A stretch of 62,988 nucleotides of DNA, the filler included, from Perkinsus chesapeaki ATCC PRA-425 (Eukaryota > Protista > Perkinsozoa): assembly GCA_013115145.1 (NCBI GenBank). It is 5 parts of 5 records of this genome, joined end to end, with 100 filler letters (N's around TTAATTAATTAA, not from the genome) between each part and the next. Parts side by side here need not be neighbours in the genome. Positions count along the whole stretch, not along the records: positions 36,583 to 59,548 come from JAAPAO010000568.1; positions 59,649 to 61,104 come from JAAPAO010001951.1; 3 more parts are not named here. One strand, given 5' to 3'. Within the stretch, counting starts at the first letter, position 1; the number at the start of each line of letters is the position of its first letter. Shown piece after piece: positions 46,315 to 60,262 of this stretch. The translations under genes were made by a program, and so were the position numbers. The notes under the pieces were generated by a model. It ran no database searches. It was not told the DNA's origin and worked only from the letters and a program-made list of their open reading frames with translations.

Positions 46315-48231
46315 ATGATAACATTCTCCTTGTGTGTTGCCTCCACGGCCTTGATCGCAATGCTGCTAGATGGATGCGGAAACAACTTTGGACCAACCGG
46401 GACAACAACAACTCCATCAAGCACGCCAACCTTTTCTCCTCCCCCGCCGCCTTCTACTACACAAGCTCCGCCTTTGGGGACGGTGCTCATCTAGAATGGA
46501 CCAGTGGAAGGTATCGTTTACCGCAAGAGTCTTATGGCAGCCCAGCCTCGCCCGAGAGATGTGGCGGCATTCTATGGTATCCCTTTTGCAGCCCCACCAG
46601 TAGGGAACCTTCGTTTCCGTCCTCCGCAGCCCCTCAACGAAACTTGGTCAGAGCCACGTATCATGAACAAAACTGGCTTCAGCTGCGCGGGTAGGGAGGA
46701 CTGCCTCTATCTCGACCTATTCGCCCCGAATGACGCTATCAACAGTAATGCCTCGTTGCCTGTGTTTTTATGGGTACACGGCGGAGGATTCGCTAGTGGT
46801 GTTCCAGAAAATGGCACTGCATTGGCATCGGTTCACAACATCATTATTGTCTCCATTCGGTATCGACTCGGTCATTTCGGATTCTTCGCATCTCCTGCGT
46901 CGCTTTCCCAGGAAGGCACTACTGGCAACTGGGGAACTCTTGACCAGCAATTTGCAATGAAATGGATTCAGGCGAACATCGCTGCATTTGGTGGTGACCC
47001 TGATAAAGTTCCCCTTGCCGGACAATCAGCAGGTGCTTTCAGTGTCATGTGGCATCTCGTGGCTCCAGGGAGTGCTGGTCTCTTCCATCGAGCCATTATG
47101 GAATCCGGCACGGCTGAAACTCCCATCTTCTTTCAAAGTCCTAACGACTCCTATTCGTATCACTCGTGGGTGGCAACCAGGCTATGTGGGTGCAACAGCT
47201 CCGATGACCTGGAGTGTCCTCGTAAGGTTAACGTATCTGCTTTAAGACTATCCGGTCAGTGGAGTACGAATGGCACGTTACGAGCCACTTTTGGCCCTCC
47301 GTGGGCATCAATACTATTCCCCTTCAATCCAGTCGGCCCTGTCATCGATGGCTCCACTTTGCCAGATGTGCCGCTCGCCCTTGTCCAGAAAGGCGACTTC
47401 AATAAAGTGCCTTTAATTGTCGGTGGTAACAGAGATGAAGGAACGGCATACGCTCGGTTCATTCCCCGATTCATACAAGGAGCTCCACCTTCTCCAACGG
47501 CTGACTTCTTCAACCGAAGTTTGGAATACGCCTTTCAGAATCGTTCACTTGCCAAAGAAGTCGCCAGCCTCTATCCCCTGGAAGCATTTGAGCAACGCTT
47601 CCCGCTTGAGCCGTACTTCTCTCGCCTGGGTCGGATTATCCGTGACGAAGTCTTTTATTGTCCCAACTATGAACTGGCTAGAGCATTCCACGACTGGAAA
47701 GTTCCAGCATTTCTGTACTCGTGGAACGTTGATGACTTGTTCGGCGCTCTCGGTGGTGTTAACTTCATCCAAGGCAGTAATGTGACCGCCAAGCAAATGG
47801 GGTTCTTCCACTCTGCTGAGATTCCCTTTGTCTTCAAGAAGTTCACTGACAAACCTCCGAGCTCCTTGGGACCTGAAATAGCTTTCGGTCATCCGCCCCG
47901 CACCCCCCATGACGCTTTTCATAATTTATCTGACTTCGTCACTTGTATGTGGTTCAACTTCATGTCGTCTGGTCGTCCTTTCACAGATGAACAGTCTTGT
48001 TTGATGGATGGAATAACGGAGGTCGACTGGCCGCCTTTCAACGATGAGCTCAACTATCTCCATATTGGATTCGAGCCGCAGCTGTCAAGTATCTTTGATG
48101 CAGAGGAGTACCCCAATGATGACTTTACTACACTTGAGAGATGTGACATTCTGAGGCAGCATCGAATTCTGTTCAGGGATGGACGAATAGCTGTGTTTGG
48201 ACTTGAAGGATACGTCCCTCCCGTCGTCTGA
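46315..48231 (+). pseudogene. Type-B carboxylesterase copy 3 with in-frame TAG
   Basis: ATG 46315 signal + LLDGC + Thr/Pro linker. TAG at 46492-46494 aligns to CAG in copy 2. The remainder is open with the catalytic motifs intact. Confidence 0.75.
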
Positions 48232-49239
48232 GCCACTTACTTCTTCGTCTTGGCTCACGATTCTTCGAACCTGCTGTATCGCCTGCTCTTCATTTTCCGC
48301 CTTTGCTGCGGGTCGACCCCTCTTATGTTCAACTTATTGGAATCGACTTTCTCTGTGGATAAAGACATGGTTGTCGGTCATTATAGTCTCGTTCATGAAG
48401 GCTGGACAACTTGGCCTTGTGTTTGGCGAAAGTACCATCACGCTCTTCGCAACGCGCCTCGCGGTTTTGGACGAGAATAGATCAGCCAGTCGACTATACC
48501 TGTACGAAAACTTCTCAGCCAGTTGTAGCCGCAGCTATTTACTAGATCTTACTTAGTTATATACAAGTTGTTTAGTATGTCATGAGGGTTATAAAGCAAG
48601 AGACATCGGTGATTGAGTGTCGCTCAAATAGGCTTATGTGGTTGTCTAGTCCAAACATCTGCTTTTGGGCGACAGACCATACTAGGTATCATAGGCTTCA
48701 ACTTATTGTCAAGTGTCAGATAATAATAACAACAGGATTTTGCTTCTCATCACCATTTGTTAGCTGACCAATACTTGGTCATCGCTTGTGCTACGAAGTC
48801 CTACTAGGCAGTCTTGAAGATGCCTGTCTTATACATGTGAGATGACTCATTTCTGAATCTCCTTTCGAATTGGTAACGCTTGGTGCAGTCAGCTTTGAAT
48901 GGGGCCTTTGTTGTGTTTTGCTCTCTTGAAGCATTTCGAATGTGAATTCCGTCCGACCTCAGCTGTCAGCATCACTTTTCACTTGCGCTCAGTGAGGAGG
49001 CTCCTGGCCTCGTCTGTGTGACTCCGGAGCTGTTGCTTCGTTTTATCTGTCATTCTCGGCCATAGTAGGGTTTCTTGCAGCCTCTTCGGCCTTCTCATTC
49101 CTCCGAAATCGGACTCCTAATTCACTCTTACCAGCTACTTGCGAGATCGCCGCTGTCAAGTCCAAGTTTGTTGCATCGAAGCAGTAGTCTGCTTGCCCGC
49201 CTTCCCCATCATCATTCTCTCTCAAGTTTGGCTGGTATT

Positions 49240-52200
49240 ATGCGCAACCCTGGAATGAGGCAAACTCACAACCATTCCCCGGAAGGACCAATGCTCGAGA
49301 ACTTGAAGGAGATAGCGAAAGCCTGCCGATGCCAGCAAGACGGCTCCGCGTGTTGGCCTTCAGCAGCAACTTTGAAGCAGACCCAGCTGCGGGGAGTGTC
49401 TAGTCAATGGCAGGGTGCCAGTCACGCTTGGCGAGGCCTTGCGACTCAGGTGAATTCTAGCTTTGCTCTTTTTTCGTCCCTCATCCAAGTTGATAGCTCG
49501 CGGCATGTTATTTCTCAGGGGCAGTTCACGAATCTCTGTACCACGGCTAGCGCCGGGCAAGCAGACGAGAGTCTGCGTCTTCGAGTGCAGGTAAAGTTAG
49601 CAGCACGTTCAGCGTTGAGGTTTTTGGTGTCTGATGTAGCGTGTGGACGAAAGCAAGAGCACCGGAGAGAAGACTCCCTTAATACCCGATGCCGACAGCT
49701 TTGGCCCAAGCAAACCCCCAAGGGTCCACAAGCGACAGAAGGTAACCGACACATAAAACCCGAAAATGGCACTTTCGCTATTTGTTATAGCACCCGTGTT
49801 TGTGCAATTCGCACTGTGCTCAGACCGGACCCGTTCCGATCCCTCCAACACTCGCAGCCCTCAAGGAGCTACTCGAGCCAACAGCTGCTATTTGGGTCGA
49901 TATAAATGATAAGGCAGCCATGGCTGAAGTCCAGACCGCAATCAGGAATACTCAGAGAGGTCTGATATCACTGGGAGTCATAAATAGCGACAACACGACC
50001 AACTTTCGGATACCGAAATACGCCGAGATTCAGAGGTAACCGCGTCGGAGTTGCTGAATCTGAAGTGAGGAGAGACCTGCACTGGATGCATTAGCTCCTC
50101 AGATATGCCACGTCGGCTTCGTTCGAAGATCGTTTTCCAAAGCCTCTTGCTTTCGCCGTTTTACTACAGCAAGGGTTTGATGAAGCGGTGGATAGGAAGG
50201 TGTGACTAGCGCTTACAACATCTCCATTACCGGCGCTGCTACCGAGTTTCACAGTCACTGACATTGGAGTCCACTTCATTTCAGACTTATGTCCTGGCCT
50301 ACGGGCAACCGACAATGGACCTTTTGACTAGCGTCTTGTCCTCACGCTACGCCACACCGGATAAGATGGTCGCTGCTTGCGCCTTCAATTTGCAAGAAAC
50401 TTTGAGATACTTTGCAATTGACCGGTAGAAACAACTTCACAGGTTGCTCCAGAGTCTACCTTGGTTCTCAGCCCGAGCGATATGTTGTACGTCGACGCGA
50501 TTGACCTGGCGGTCCTGGCTTGGGTTCTTGACTCCGCTGCCGGCAGTGTCTGCTACGATATCGACCATCTGAAGACCGTCTATGGAGGGGAATGTGTCAA
50601 GGAGCGCACCAGAGGGCCAACCACTTTACAGGAGTCGGCTTGGGTCTTGGGAATGTACTGAATGTTACTTCTCTAGGTCTCACCCATGGAGGATGCTCAT
50701 CGAGCATGATCTATCGGAATCCACTGACCTAGTGATGGCCCTAAGCACCAAAGTAGGGTTTAGAGGATTCTAGATAGTACAGCCAATGCAACTCAACGCA
50801 GATCAAGAATCAAGAGCAAGATCAAGTCACTGTACATCAGGAGCTACCAGTGGCGAGCGTCCTAACACTAATGTCCGTAACAGGATCCCCCTTCGACCAG
50901 TCCGTGATGCAACAGTGGCGAAGTGACCTCACAAGTGAGTCTTTTGCATTTGGTGCTCAAGTGGCGGCCGAGTCCTGCCAACTGGCGTGTCATTTCAGTG
51001 ACATTGGCGAAACTCGAGAGAGAAGCTCAAGCACTGGTTAAAAAAGAAGTACTGCTAACTTCTCCCTCACAGGCAAACTCAGTTACACTTTTGACGGTGA
51101 TGGTACCTCGTGTTGTCAGGTGGCAGCTCTCCTGTATGATGATCTTGGACTTAAACTTCCCGCTGGGCGCCGAGGCCGGAGCACTGGGGATGAGGCGAGA
51201 GCAATCAGTCTCATTTTATTTCCATGGTGTTATTACAGGTGCTCAGCATGATGATGGACCAGCATCCTGTGATATCGTTAATTCGCAAACATCGGCAAGT
51301 GGCAAAACTCATTTCGACCTATGTGGACACTATAAAGTCCCTTCCTGAGAGCACTCCACGTCCTGGCCTGATAGAGTATTTCCGCCCACGGGCTGAAGAG
51401 TCGTCAGCTACTAACTTCTTGAGCAAGAATCGGCTGTATACTGTGTGGAACCAGACCATGACTGTCACTGGTCGTTTGTCTAGCAGCAGCCCCAACCTTC
51501 AAAATATCCCCAAGTCTCAGGAGTTTGACGACTTGGGTGTTGTCAGCCTTCGCAAGGCTTTCGTGGCGCCGATGCTCGACTCTCACTGTCTAGTGAGCGT
51601 TGACTACCGGCAAGTTGAGATCAGAGTTTTAGCGCACTTTGTGGGAATCGGAGAGCTTCAGAAAAGCTTCGCTGTTCCTGGCGCCGACATCTACAATAAC
51701 ATGGCCGCCATGATACTTCGGAAACGTGCTGACCAAGTGACTAAAACCGAGAGAAATAAGGCCAAGGTTTGCTGCCTGGCTCTGATTTACGGTTCAGGCA
51801 TTCAGCTGCTTGCTAGACAGATGGGGGTCACCGCTACGGTGGCCCAGGGCTTCAAGAGACAGTTTGGTCAAGCTTTTCCGGAGCTGGAAAGGTGGATGTG
51901 GCGTGTCTGGAATGCAGCGAGTAAAGATGGTTATGTTGAGACATTGTGCAGGAGGCGAAGGAAGATCGACGTTGGTCCCGATGGATTATCCAACGAAGCG
52001 AAACGCTTCTGCATAAATAGCGTCATACAAGGCAGCGCTGCAGATATCATGAAGTCGTCAATGGTACAGATAGCGCGCGCCTTGGACAGTGTTGAGTGGA
52101 AACATGGTCGACCACAACTTCTGCTATCAATTCACGATGAGTTTGTTCTGAGCTGTCATATAGATGACGTGAAAAACCTTGGCCGATTACTCATAGAGGA

Positions 52201-52309
52201 GATGCAGAATCCTGCACTCCCTGGTTGCAAGGACCATTTCAGTGTCCCGCTGGAGGTGAGTATGAAATATGGTCCTAATTGGGCCGACATGAAGGAGCTC
52301 GTTATCTAG
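49240..52309 (+). CDS. Family A DNA polymerase (Pol I/nu/theta-like polymerase domain), multi-exon
   Basis: RLSSSSPNLQNIP, motif A VSVDYRQVEIRVLAH, motif B ERNKAKVCCLALIYG, NSVIQGSAADIMK, motif C LSIHDEFV. Upstream in-frame exons include ELPVASVLTLMSVTGSPFD and LYDDLGL. Start uncertain. Confidence 0.85.
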
Positions 52310-52399
52310 TACACGAATTGGTTATATCATTACCAACTGTGCATGGGCCTTATGGTACATTACTATAGCGCTTCTGAGATTTCGATAGTACTGTGTTGC

Positions 52400-55200
52400 G
52401 AAGTTGATTGGAGTCGATGGAAGTGTCTCCCCGAGGCACTTCGAGTGGCTACGTCTATGCGGCGACTCCTTCCCTTCGCAGCAGTATCGCATTTGTGCTC
52501 AGGGAACGACGGCTGTCCTTGATTCAGTTTTTGATGCGTATATTGACATTGTGGCCTACCACTGCAGCAGCCTTACAACTCTACATCGTGGTGACTTCTC
52601 CTTGGAAGAACCTGGACAGGCGACAGAAGCTTCGGTGATCAGTTACCTCACTACCTGGTCGCAGTTCTGCCGTCCAGACAGTGGTTCTCGAGCTGCTCGT
52701 CGGTTTCGCGAAGTCATTTCGATAACGTCACCGTTCATATGAGTTTCTTCATGGGCTCTCCCTCACTCGAGTGGCAGGCTACTGCTCATGCCGAGCAAGA
52801 AGAGCATCCCGATGATATGGCAGGCTACCTTGTTATGTTGGCCTTCCCACTAGCTTCCAGGTCATCTTCGAGTCCTCTCCTGATACAGACCCGCCCGTCA
52901 AGCGTGATGTGACGTACGTCCTTGATCGTCCAACGGCCAGAGGTTCCAGAATACTACTGGCCACTAAATGGGTCATGAACAACAATCCTGGAACAGAGTT
53001 CTTAGTACTGCAAGAGTGTTAATTGACTTTGGAATACCCCCTGCAGATTTATCTAGACGACGATTCCTTCCTGAGCCTGCCCCGGCTAATACCTCACCTT
53101 CTCGAACTGTCGATGGCTCAAGGACGTATGTTGGTCATGGGGTACGACCAGTGGCACCTCTGTAGAGCTTGACACTACTGTTATCAATCTCATGTTCCCA
53201 GATACCTAATGTCGACTCCATTGGACGTCAGCGTATCCGGCCTTGACATCTGCGATATGTGCAAGCCATGTCAGAAATGCCTTGATGATGAGTCTTTCCG
53301 AGATTTTTGCCGCCAATTCAATCTGTCCCTTGGGGCCTGCCTCCACTACATGTCCACATGCCAAATATACGGTTCAGATGATTTGGCGCAGTGCGTTTCC
53401 GAAAGCTTGTTTGAGTCCCAGCGCATTGTACTGCTTCTAACTGTGTGTTTGCGCCGAATAACATTTCCTCGAGGTCGAATACTTCGGCAGCCGCTGGACG
53501 CCCACGTGGCCTCTCGGAATGGGCTGGGTACTCGGCTCAGCCGTAGCAGACTTCATTTCGCGCAACGCGGATATGCTCAAGTCCAGGGGAGCGGCCGACG
53601 TTCAAATCGGGTGCATATTGTAGCGGCGCCTTCGCTATTGCATGGCTGGTGATAGATACTGGTTAGCAGGTCTTGAAGGTATACATTGGTTGGACATGAG
53701 CGATGGACGCTTCCACGACTTCCCCCGTCGTCACAGCATGTTCACGAGAGGGTGTTCGGACAACACTGTTCTTGTCCACCGAATGCGGCCCGAGAACTGG
53801 CAGGCTTACGATGACCTGACATGTGCACTAAATTGCCCTTCTCATGTTGGGGGCGAGGTGGAGCCTTCCTGATTTGGTAGCCTGCCTTGAGCTTGGTTGC
53901 TTGCGTCCCGTGGCTCACTGCGCGGCATCTGATTTAACTCTGAGTTATAAATTTGTAAAATGGCATCCAACCCATCTGAGAGACCACCACCGACCTTACC
54001 TAGTATCGCTAAAGAAGTTGAAGCGGTCCAACACGAACAGAGAAAAGCATTCAAAGAAATCGCCCAGCAGCTGGCCAGGCTCCGAGCGAACCTCGTGGCT
54101 GCCAGAGAGGACGTACGCTGGTTTTAGGCATTGAGATAATCATCACTTTCAGCCAAGTCCTGAGAGCCTCGCGTCTCTCGCTGCCACTACGAAGAACAGT
54201 AACGCACCGACCGTGCTCGCAAAGCGACACCAGAACTACCACGCCAAGCTCTCTCAGTTGTCTCGATCCCTTTCAGAGTTAACGGACTAACGCCTATGGA
54301 CAGTGATGTGACCGTTAAACTGCTAGGTTCCAATCTATTACAGAGGGAGATATTACCAAGGCCATACGGCAGCACATCTTGCCGAAGAGACCCGAGACCA
54401 CCGAGCAAAATAGGGACTTCTCGCGGTACATGCGAAAGATCATTGCCGTGAGGAAAAGTCGTCGCGTTATCTGCTCAAGCTCCGCAACAGGTGCATCTTC
54501 TTCAAACTGGGCACTTCGGCGCTTTCGAAACTTTTTTAAAAGAAGTGGAAGCGAAGGATGGCATCACGGGACTTGTCCCCGAGCAGTGAGTGGCAATACA
54601 CTGTGGGGCATTGCTATCAGCTTTCAGTTACTTGCCGGCATACCAGGAATCCCAGCGCATCAAATCGGGGAGAGAGGTCGATGAAGCTGCACGATGGCTA
54701 AAAGAGAATAGATCGAAAGGAAAGGCTGCCGCCATGCGCCGAGAGATATTCGATGATCTGCAGCGCGATATGATCTTGGAAAACGTAAAGCGGGTGCACA
54801 TCTTCGTGGTGAAGTGGTTATCAGGTTGCTCAAATCATCTCAAGCGGAACAGATGCCGCGGATATTCTGGAGTAGATAGCTACCTTGTGAGCAAGTTGTA
54901 CCTTTCTGTAGGTATATCCGTAAAAATTTTGACACCGAACACCCAGTATCCCTGAGTTCTGATGAGCAGCAGAAAAGGCTTCAAGCTTGCTTGCTGGCTC
55001 TGGCCTACCCCACGACTGAGCGTGGTGCTCGCTTAGGTATCCAAGTCTGCTTCTCCATCGCTAGTGCATCTGTGTCAGCTGTTGCGGCTGGCCTTCACAG
55101 TGATGCTCTCAAAAGGTTCTGGACTCTGTTTTTCCGTGGAACCTGGCCAGTAGGAGCCCCGTGCCGTCCGTTGGTTTGCCTGAGACTGACTAGGCCCACA
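52400..55200 (+). CDS. Possible multi-exon gene or degenerate gene, unknown product
   Basis: Exon-like open blocks (e.g. 52404-52742, 54680-54890) with some GT-AG boundaries. No recognisable motif. Confidence 0.25.
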
Positions 55201-58200
55201 TCTACTCTCCTCTAAAGAAGGACACTCCTTCGAGTATAGCCTCGCTGGCTCGTGACTCGATTGAGCTGTCATCGGCGACTCCGGCTCCAAAGCGCTTTCG
55301 CCTTTGGTCACCAGAACCGCTCTATGGGTAAACAAACGCCGGTGGTGGTCCAAAATGTAGTCGGTTTAGTTATGCCCAGACTGGCACCTACACCGTGTCC
55401 ATTCCCAAAAGCTCTGTTATCCCAAACGATATTGAGTGTACTATAAGGACGCCTGAAGTTGACATGTAAGCACGAGTTCCAAGGGGACACCACTCTTCTT
55501 TTTAAGATACGATCCACTTTCCTTACATTGTTGGGATGATGAGCCGTCTCTGCCACCCCCGGTTGGGCATGGGTGTAGCGATTAGGTGTCATCTTTATTA
55601 AGTAGGTATCTGCTGTGACGCAGGCCGATCCCCGCTTCGAGCTTGGAGGCGAATTCTCCATGCCACAACAGCACCACCAGTAGGAATCCGAATGGTTGGC
55701 TAGAAGCTTCGGAAGTGTTTCCCATTGAACTGACTTGACAGACGCGCTGTTGTAGGGAAAGGAACCGGTCAAGGGGACGCAGTCGGCCTTCAATTAGAAC
55801 GCTGCGGAGAAGCTCGCCGACTCCGAGGTTGCCGAGGGCAAGACGACAGGTACGAGAAGTCAAGTGGAAGTCAACTGGTAGCATCTTGGAGTCAAGCCCT
55901 CTCAGTACGTGTCTCCGAGCGCACCGCGACCGACTGCTATTCATCTGCATGATGCAAACTTCGTCATGCGGATTCTCACTGTAATACTGTCTAGTTCTGC
56001 AAGATCCATCTCACTATCATGGTTTGAACAGGAAAACGCCAGGCACGTTGAGCATGTTCGAAGTGGCACGCCGACAGAAGATCTGGAAGTGGATGCCACC
56101 GACAAGTAGGTGGTTTTGCGGACGAGTCCCTGATACGGGAGTTTCTGTTTGTCTCATTTCATTAGCGATGTTGTGCCACCGCAGCCAGTTCTTTCACAAC
56201 CATCGGAAGGTGACACTCCTGGAGTGCCTAGGGAATCACCATTATATTTGGTAAGCTATTCCATCCATAAATATACATGCCACTCGTTTCAGTTGCTAGC
56301 CAGCGGCCGGGTGGCGGTTCGACAGCTTCTGGAAGTTCAATCTGTCGTAGAACGTCACGAAATGCTGGGGGTGAATGCATAGAGCCATCAGCCGTCTACT
56401 CATCCATACTATGCTTAGGTCCCTTGTGAATCTCTCCCCGTTGAGTTTGACCTCCCCGAGCGATTCACTCCTCATTCGGTCTTCACTTGCCCGGTTTCAC
56501 GGAAAATGACTACCACCTCTGATGAGGGCAATCGTCGTGATTTCCCGACAATGCTTGTAAGCATGTGCACCACAGCCACTTTAACTACATTACTTTCCTA
56601 TGTAGCATCGTTGTGAATCATTGATCTCTTCTTAAAGCTTCCAAATGATTTTCGTCGACAGCGCTTCCGTCAGGTATGCGGACATGTGGTCAGCAACTCC
56701 GCATTCCGCCAGATCGTTACCACAGCTCATCGGCGTAAAGGTACAAATGGCGGAAGAGACATAAATATCAAGTGTCCGATATGCCCAAGAATCATGTTAT
56801 CATCCCAGGCCATACCGCTCAAGAGTTTAGGATAATTATAATGTTTTGTGGCTTGTGTTTGGCAAAGTTGACATGCTGAGCACCATGACAGAGTGCAGTA
56901 CGTCAATAGCTCGAAGTGGTAGCTAATACACAGTCCAGGGTGCGGGCGATCTTAATCGCGTAAGCTCAGTAACCCTAGCTGTTTTGTATGGCGGCTATAC
57001 TACCCAGGCCTTACGCAATCCTGCTCGTATAAAAAAGCTCTTTCACTTGGAAGGGATTTCCCGAAGGCCCGGGGGAGTAGTCCCGCACGCATATCTTGGT
57101 GCGCCACCGCTACTGGAGACACGGCGAGCCGGTTTCGCATTACAACTCGAGAAATTGAGCTGATGACCTGGAGCCGTTAGGTGAGTCTTCCCAGCTAAAG
57201 CCATCCAGACTACTAAGCGGCCAGTGCTTATCTAAGTGTTGAAAAGATCCTGTGGATCGGAGGGCAGCGTCCATTTGAAGCGAGGGAGTGCTATTTTCAG
57301 TAGCGCCATGTGGCCTTTCTAGCTTGTCGTCTGCTCTCTATGAACGACTAAGAGGGGACTTCTACGGCATGCATGTGCAGCTCGTGAATCATCCGCACGC
57401 GCAGCTCGTAAATAATCACGTCAGCACTGTGAGTCTCTATGACGGAATATCACAATAAAAAAATAACTCAAGACTCGTCTCCGTCTAAAGATACACTTGC
57501 TTTGTAGGCGAGGTAGGCGATACCGTAGAGTTTCAGAAAGCTACACTCTTAACGATTTATGAACCGAGTCCACTAGCCGCACGCCAAGAATCTTAGCACA
57601 CAATTGTGGGGATACAAATGGGCGCGGAAACAGGGACAGAAAGAAATTCTCCGGAAATTCTAGCAGAGGTGTAATCATATTGCGTATGATAGTCACCGTA
57701 ACTGTGACATAGTTTTGAACAGCACGACCCCTGTTGCCTGTTCCTCGTTCATATCGCGAACACGAAGCGATACGGCAGTCAATAAGGGCGGCTACTTAAC
57801 TTACTCTCCTAAGGGGAAGTTTCTGCACACGCATGTACAATGGAGCAGGCGGCGCAAAATGAATAACAACCCCTCCACGCCTAGGAAGGTAGCGGGTTGG
57901 ACAAATTTGTACTACATCACTGTGGTGTCATCACAGAAGACTGGATTCACAATTCAATAGTATGAACAATCTAACTAAGCTATATTCGGGGTTGGCCACG
58001 CAGTTCACTGACTAGATCAGAGAATAGCTCTAGCTATCAAGAATTGAACAACTCACTTCACTCCAAGGAGCCTAGTGCCGTCACGGCACTGCTGTGTCCG
58101 TAGTATGATGATGTATACTTCCTTGCGGTCTTGTGGTTCTACCCTCTTTCGGATTCTTGCCAGGGATGGTAAGCGGGTGAGCCTCCAATCGGGTAAACGA

Positions 58201-58377
58201 AAGCTGAGCATTGAGACTTGCGCGAAAACCTGCTTTCATTCTTTATCTGTGAATGAGCCGTGTATGGAGCGAAGAAGCTCTGTACGCATGCACAACGGAG
58301 CGGTCATTACTCCAGCTCAGAATATATTAAATAGTTTCCGTTCTTGATAGCCTTGCAGGTTCTTTTCACATTGAGCT

Positions 58378-59548
58378 ATGCACGCTAGTGCTTCATTCCC
58401 AATACCAGTCATCTGCTGTCTCTGCCTACTTTCTTCTTCGTGGTTGACACTCGGTGAGTACGGAAGTGATCTTGCCTCTAAGGTTGTACGTATTAAGAAT
58501 GGACCGGTAGAAGGTATCGTTTACCGCAAGAATCTTATGGCAGCCCAGCCTCGCCCGAGAGATGTGGCTGCATTCTATGGTATCCCTTTCGCAGCCCCAC
58601 CAGTAGGAAACCTTCGTTTCCGTCCTCCACAGCCCCTCAACGAAACTTGGTCAGAGCCCCGTCTCATGAACAAAACTGGCTTCAGCTGCGCGGATAGGGA
58701 AGACTGCCTCTATCTCGACCTATTCGCCCCGAATGACGCTATCAACAGTAATGCCTCGTTGCCTGTGTTTTTATGGGTGCACGGCGGAGGTTTCGCTTTT
58801 GGTGTTCCAGAAAATGGCACAGCATTGGCATCGGTTCACAACATCATTGTTGTCTCCATTCGGTATCGACTCGGCCATTTCGGATTCTTCGCATCTCCTG
58901 CGTCGCTTTCCCAGGAAGGCACTACTGGCAACTGGGGAACTCTTGACCAGCAGTTTGCAATGAAATGGATTCAGGCGAACATTGGTGCTTTTGGTGGTGA
59001 CCATGATAAGGTTACCCTTGCCGGACAATCAGCAGGCGGTTTCAGCGTCATGTGGCATCTCGTTGCTCCGGGGAGTGCTGGTCTGTTTCACCGAGCCATT
59101 ATGGAATCCGGCACGGCTGAAACGCCCATCTTCTTTCAAAGTCCTAACGACTCCTTTTCGTATCACTCGTGGGTGGCAACCAGGCTATGTGGGTGTAACA
59201 GCTCCGATGACCTCGAGTGTCTTCGTAAGGTTAACGCATCTGCTTTAAGACTATCCGGTCAGTGGAGTACGAATGGCACGTTGCGAGCCACTTTAGGCCC
59301 TCCGTGGGCATCAATACTATTCCCCATCCATCCAGTTGGTCCTGTCATCGATGGCTCCACTTTGCCAGATGTGCCGCTGGCTCTTGTCCAAAAAGGCGAC
59401 TTCAATAAAGTGCCACTAATTGTCGGTGGCAACAGAGATGAAGGAACGGCATACGCTTGGTACCTTCCGCGATTCATACAAGGAGCTCCGCCTTCTCCAA
59501 CCGCTGACTTTTTCAACAGAAGTTTGGAATACGCATTTCAGAGTCGTT
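58378..59548 (+). CDS. Type-B carboxylesterase copy 4, N-terminal two thirds (3' end in gap)
   Basis: Different signal peptide (MHASASFPIPVICCLCLLSSSWLTLG) joined at NGPVEG to a core near-identical to copy 2, with GQSAG and NRDEG. Confidence 0.88.
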
Positions 59549-60262
59549 NNNNNNNNNNNNNNNNNNNNNNNNNNNNNNNNNNNNNNNNNNNNTTAATTAA
59601 TTAANNNNNNNNNNNNNNNNNNNNNNNNNNNNNNNNNNNNNNNNNNNNTACGACACAAATGCGCACGTGCACGGCACGTATGGATTGAAGCACCCAAAAA
59701 GAGTATGAATTGTACAGCTAGGCACTTCTCCATCCTGACCTACCGCATGTTGCAGCTTTATTTGATTGTATTTGCAAATGGATTGTGACAAAGTTGACAT
59801 TGTGAATTCACACGAGCTTCTGCTCGTGTGAAGAAAGTTTTTCCCTTGCGGGATCCCTATCAAGGGCAAGAAGGAGTAGGCTGGGCGTCACAACCCTTCG
59901 AAGAGTAATGCTTTTGAAGGAGCATTAACCTCTTTCTAACTAGAATCGATTTATAACTTATAACTACAGTCATTTTTTTGTTTGTTAGTGCTAAGTTTCT
60001 GAGCGACATGTGTGACATATAGGACTTGTGTTACCGGAGTAGCTGCACTGCACGAGTTTATACCGGTGGAATCGCGGTTAATCGCATGCCTTACGAGTCG
60101 TATTCCACAAGTATATCATCTTGCAACCGTAATACCGTAATGCCGGAACGCAACGTAATTATGACTTAGTTACGCGCTGGGGAACGTAACGTAAATCGTG
60201 AAACCGTAATACGTTGCCCATCTATAAATGTGCAGAGACGAAATGACGCATGGGTTAATACA

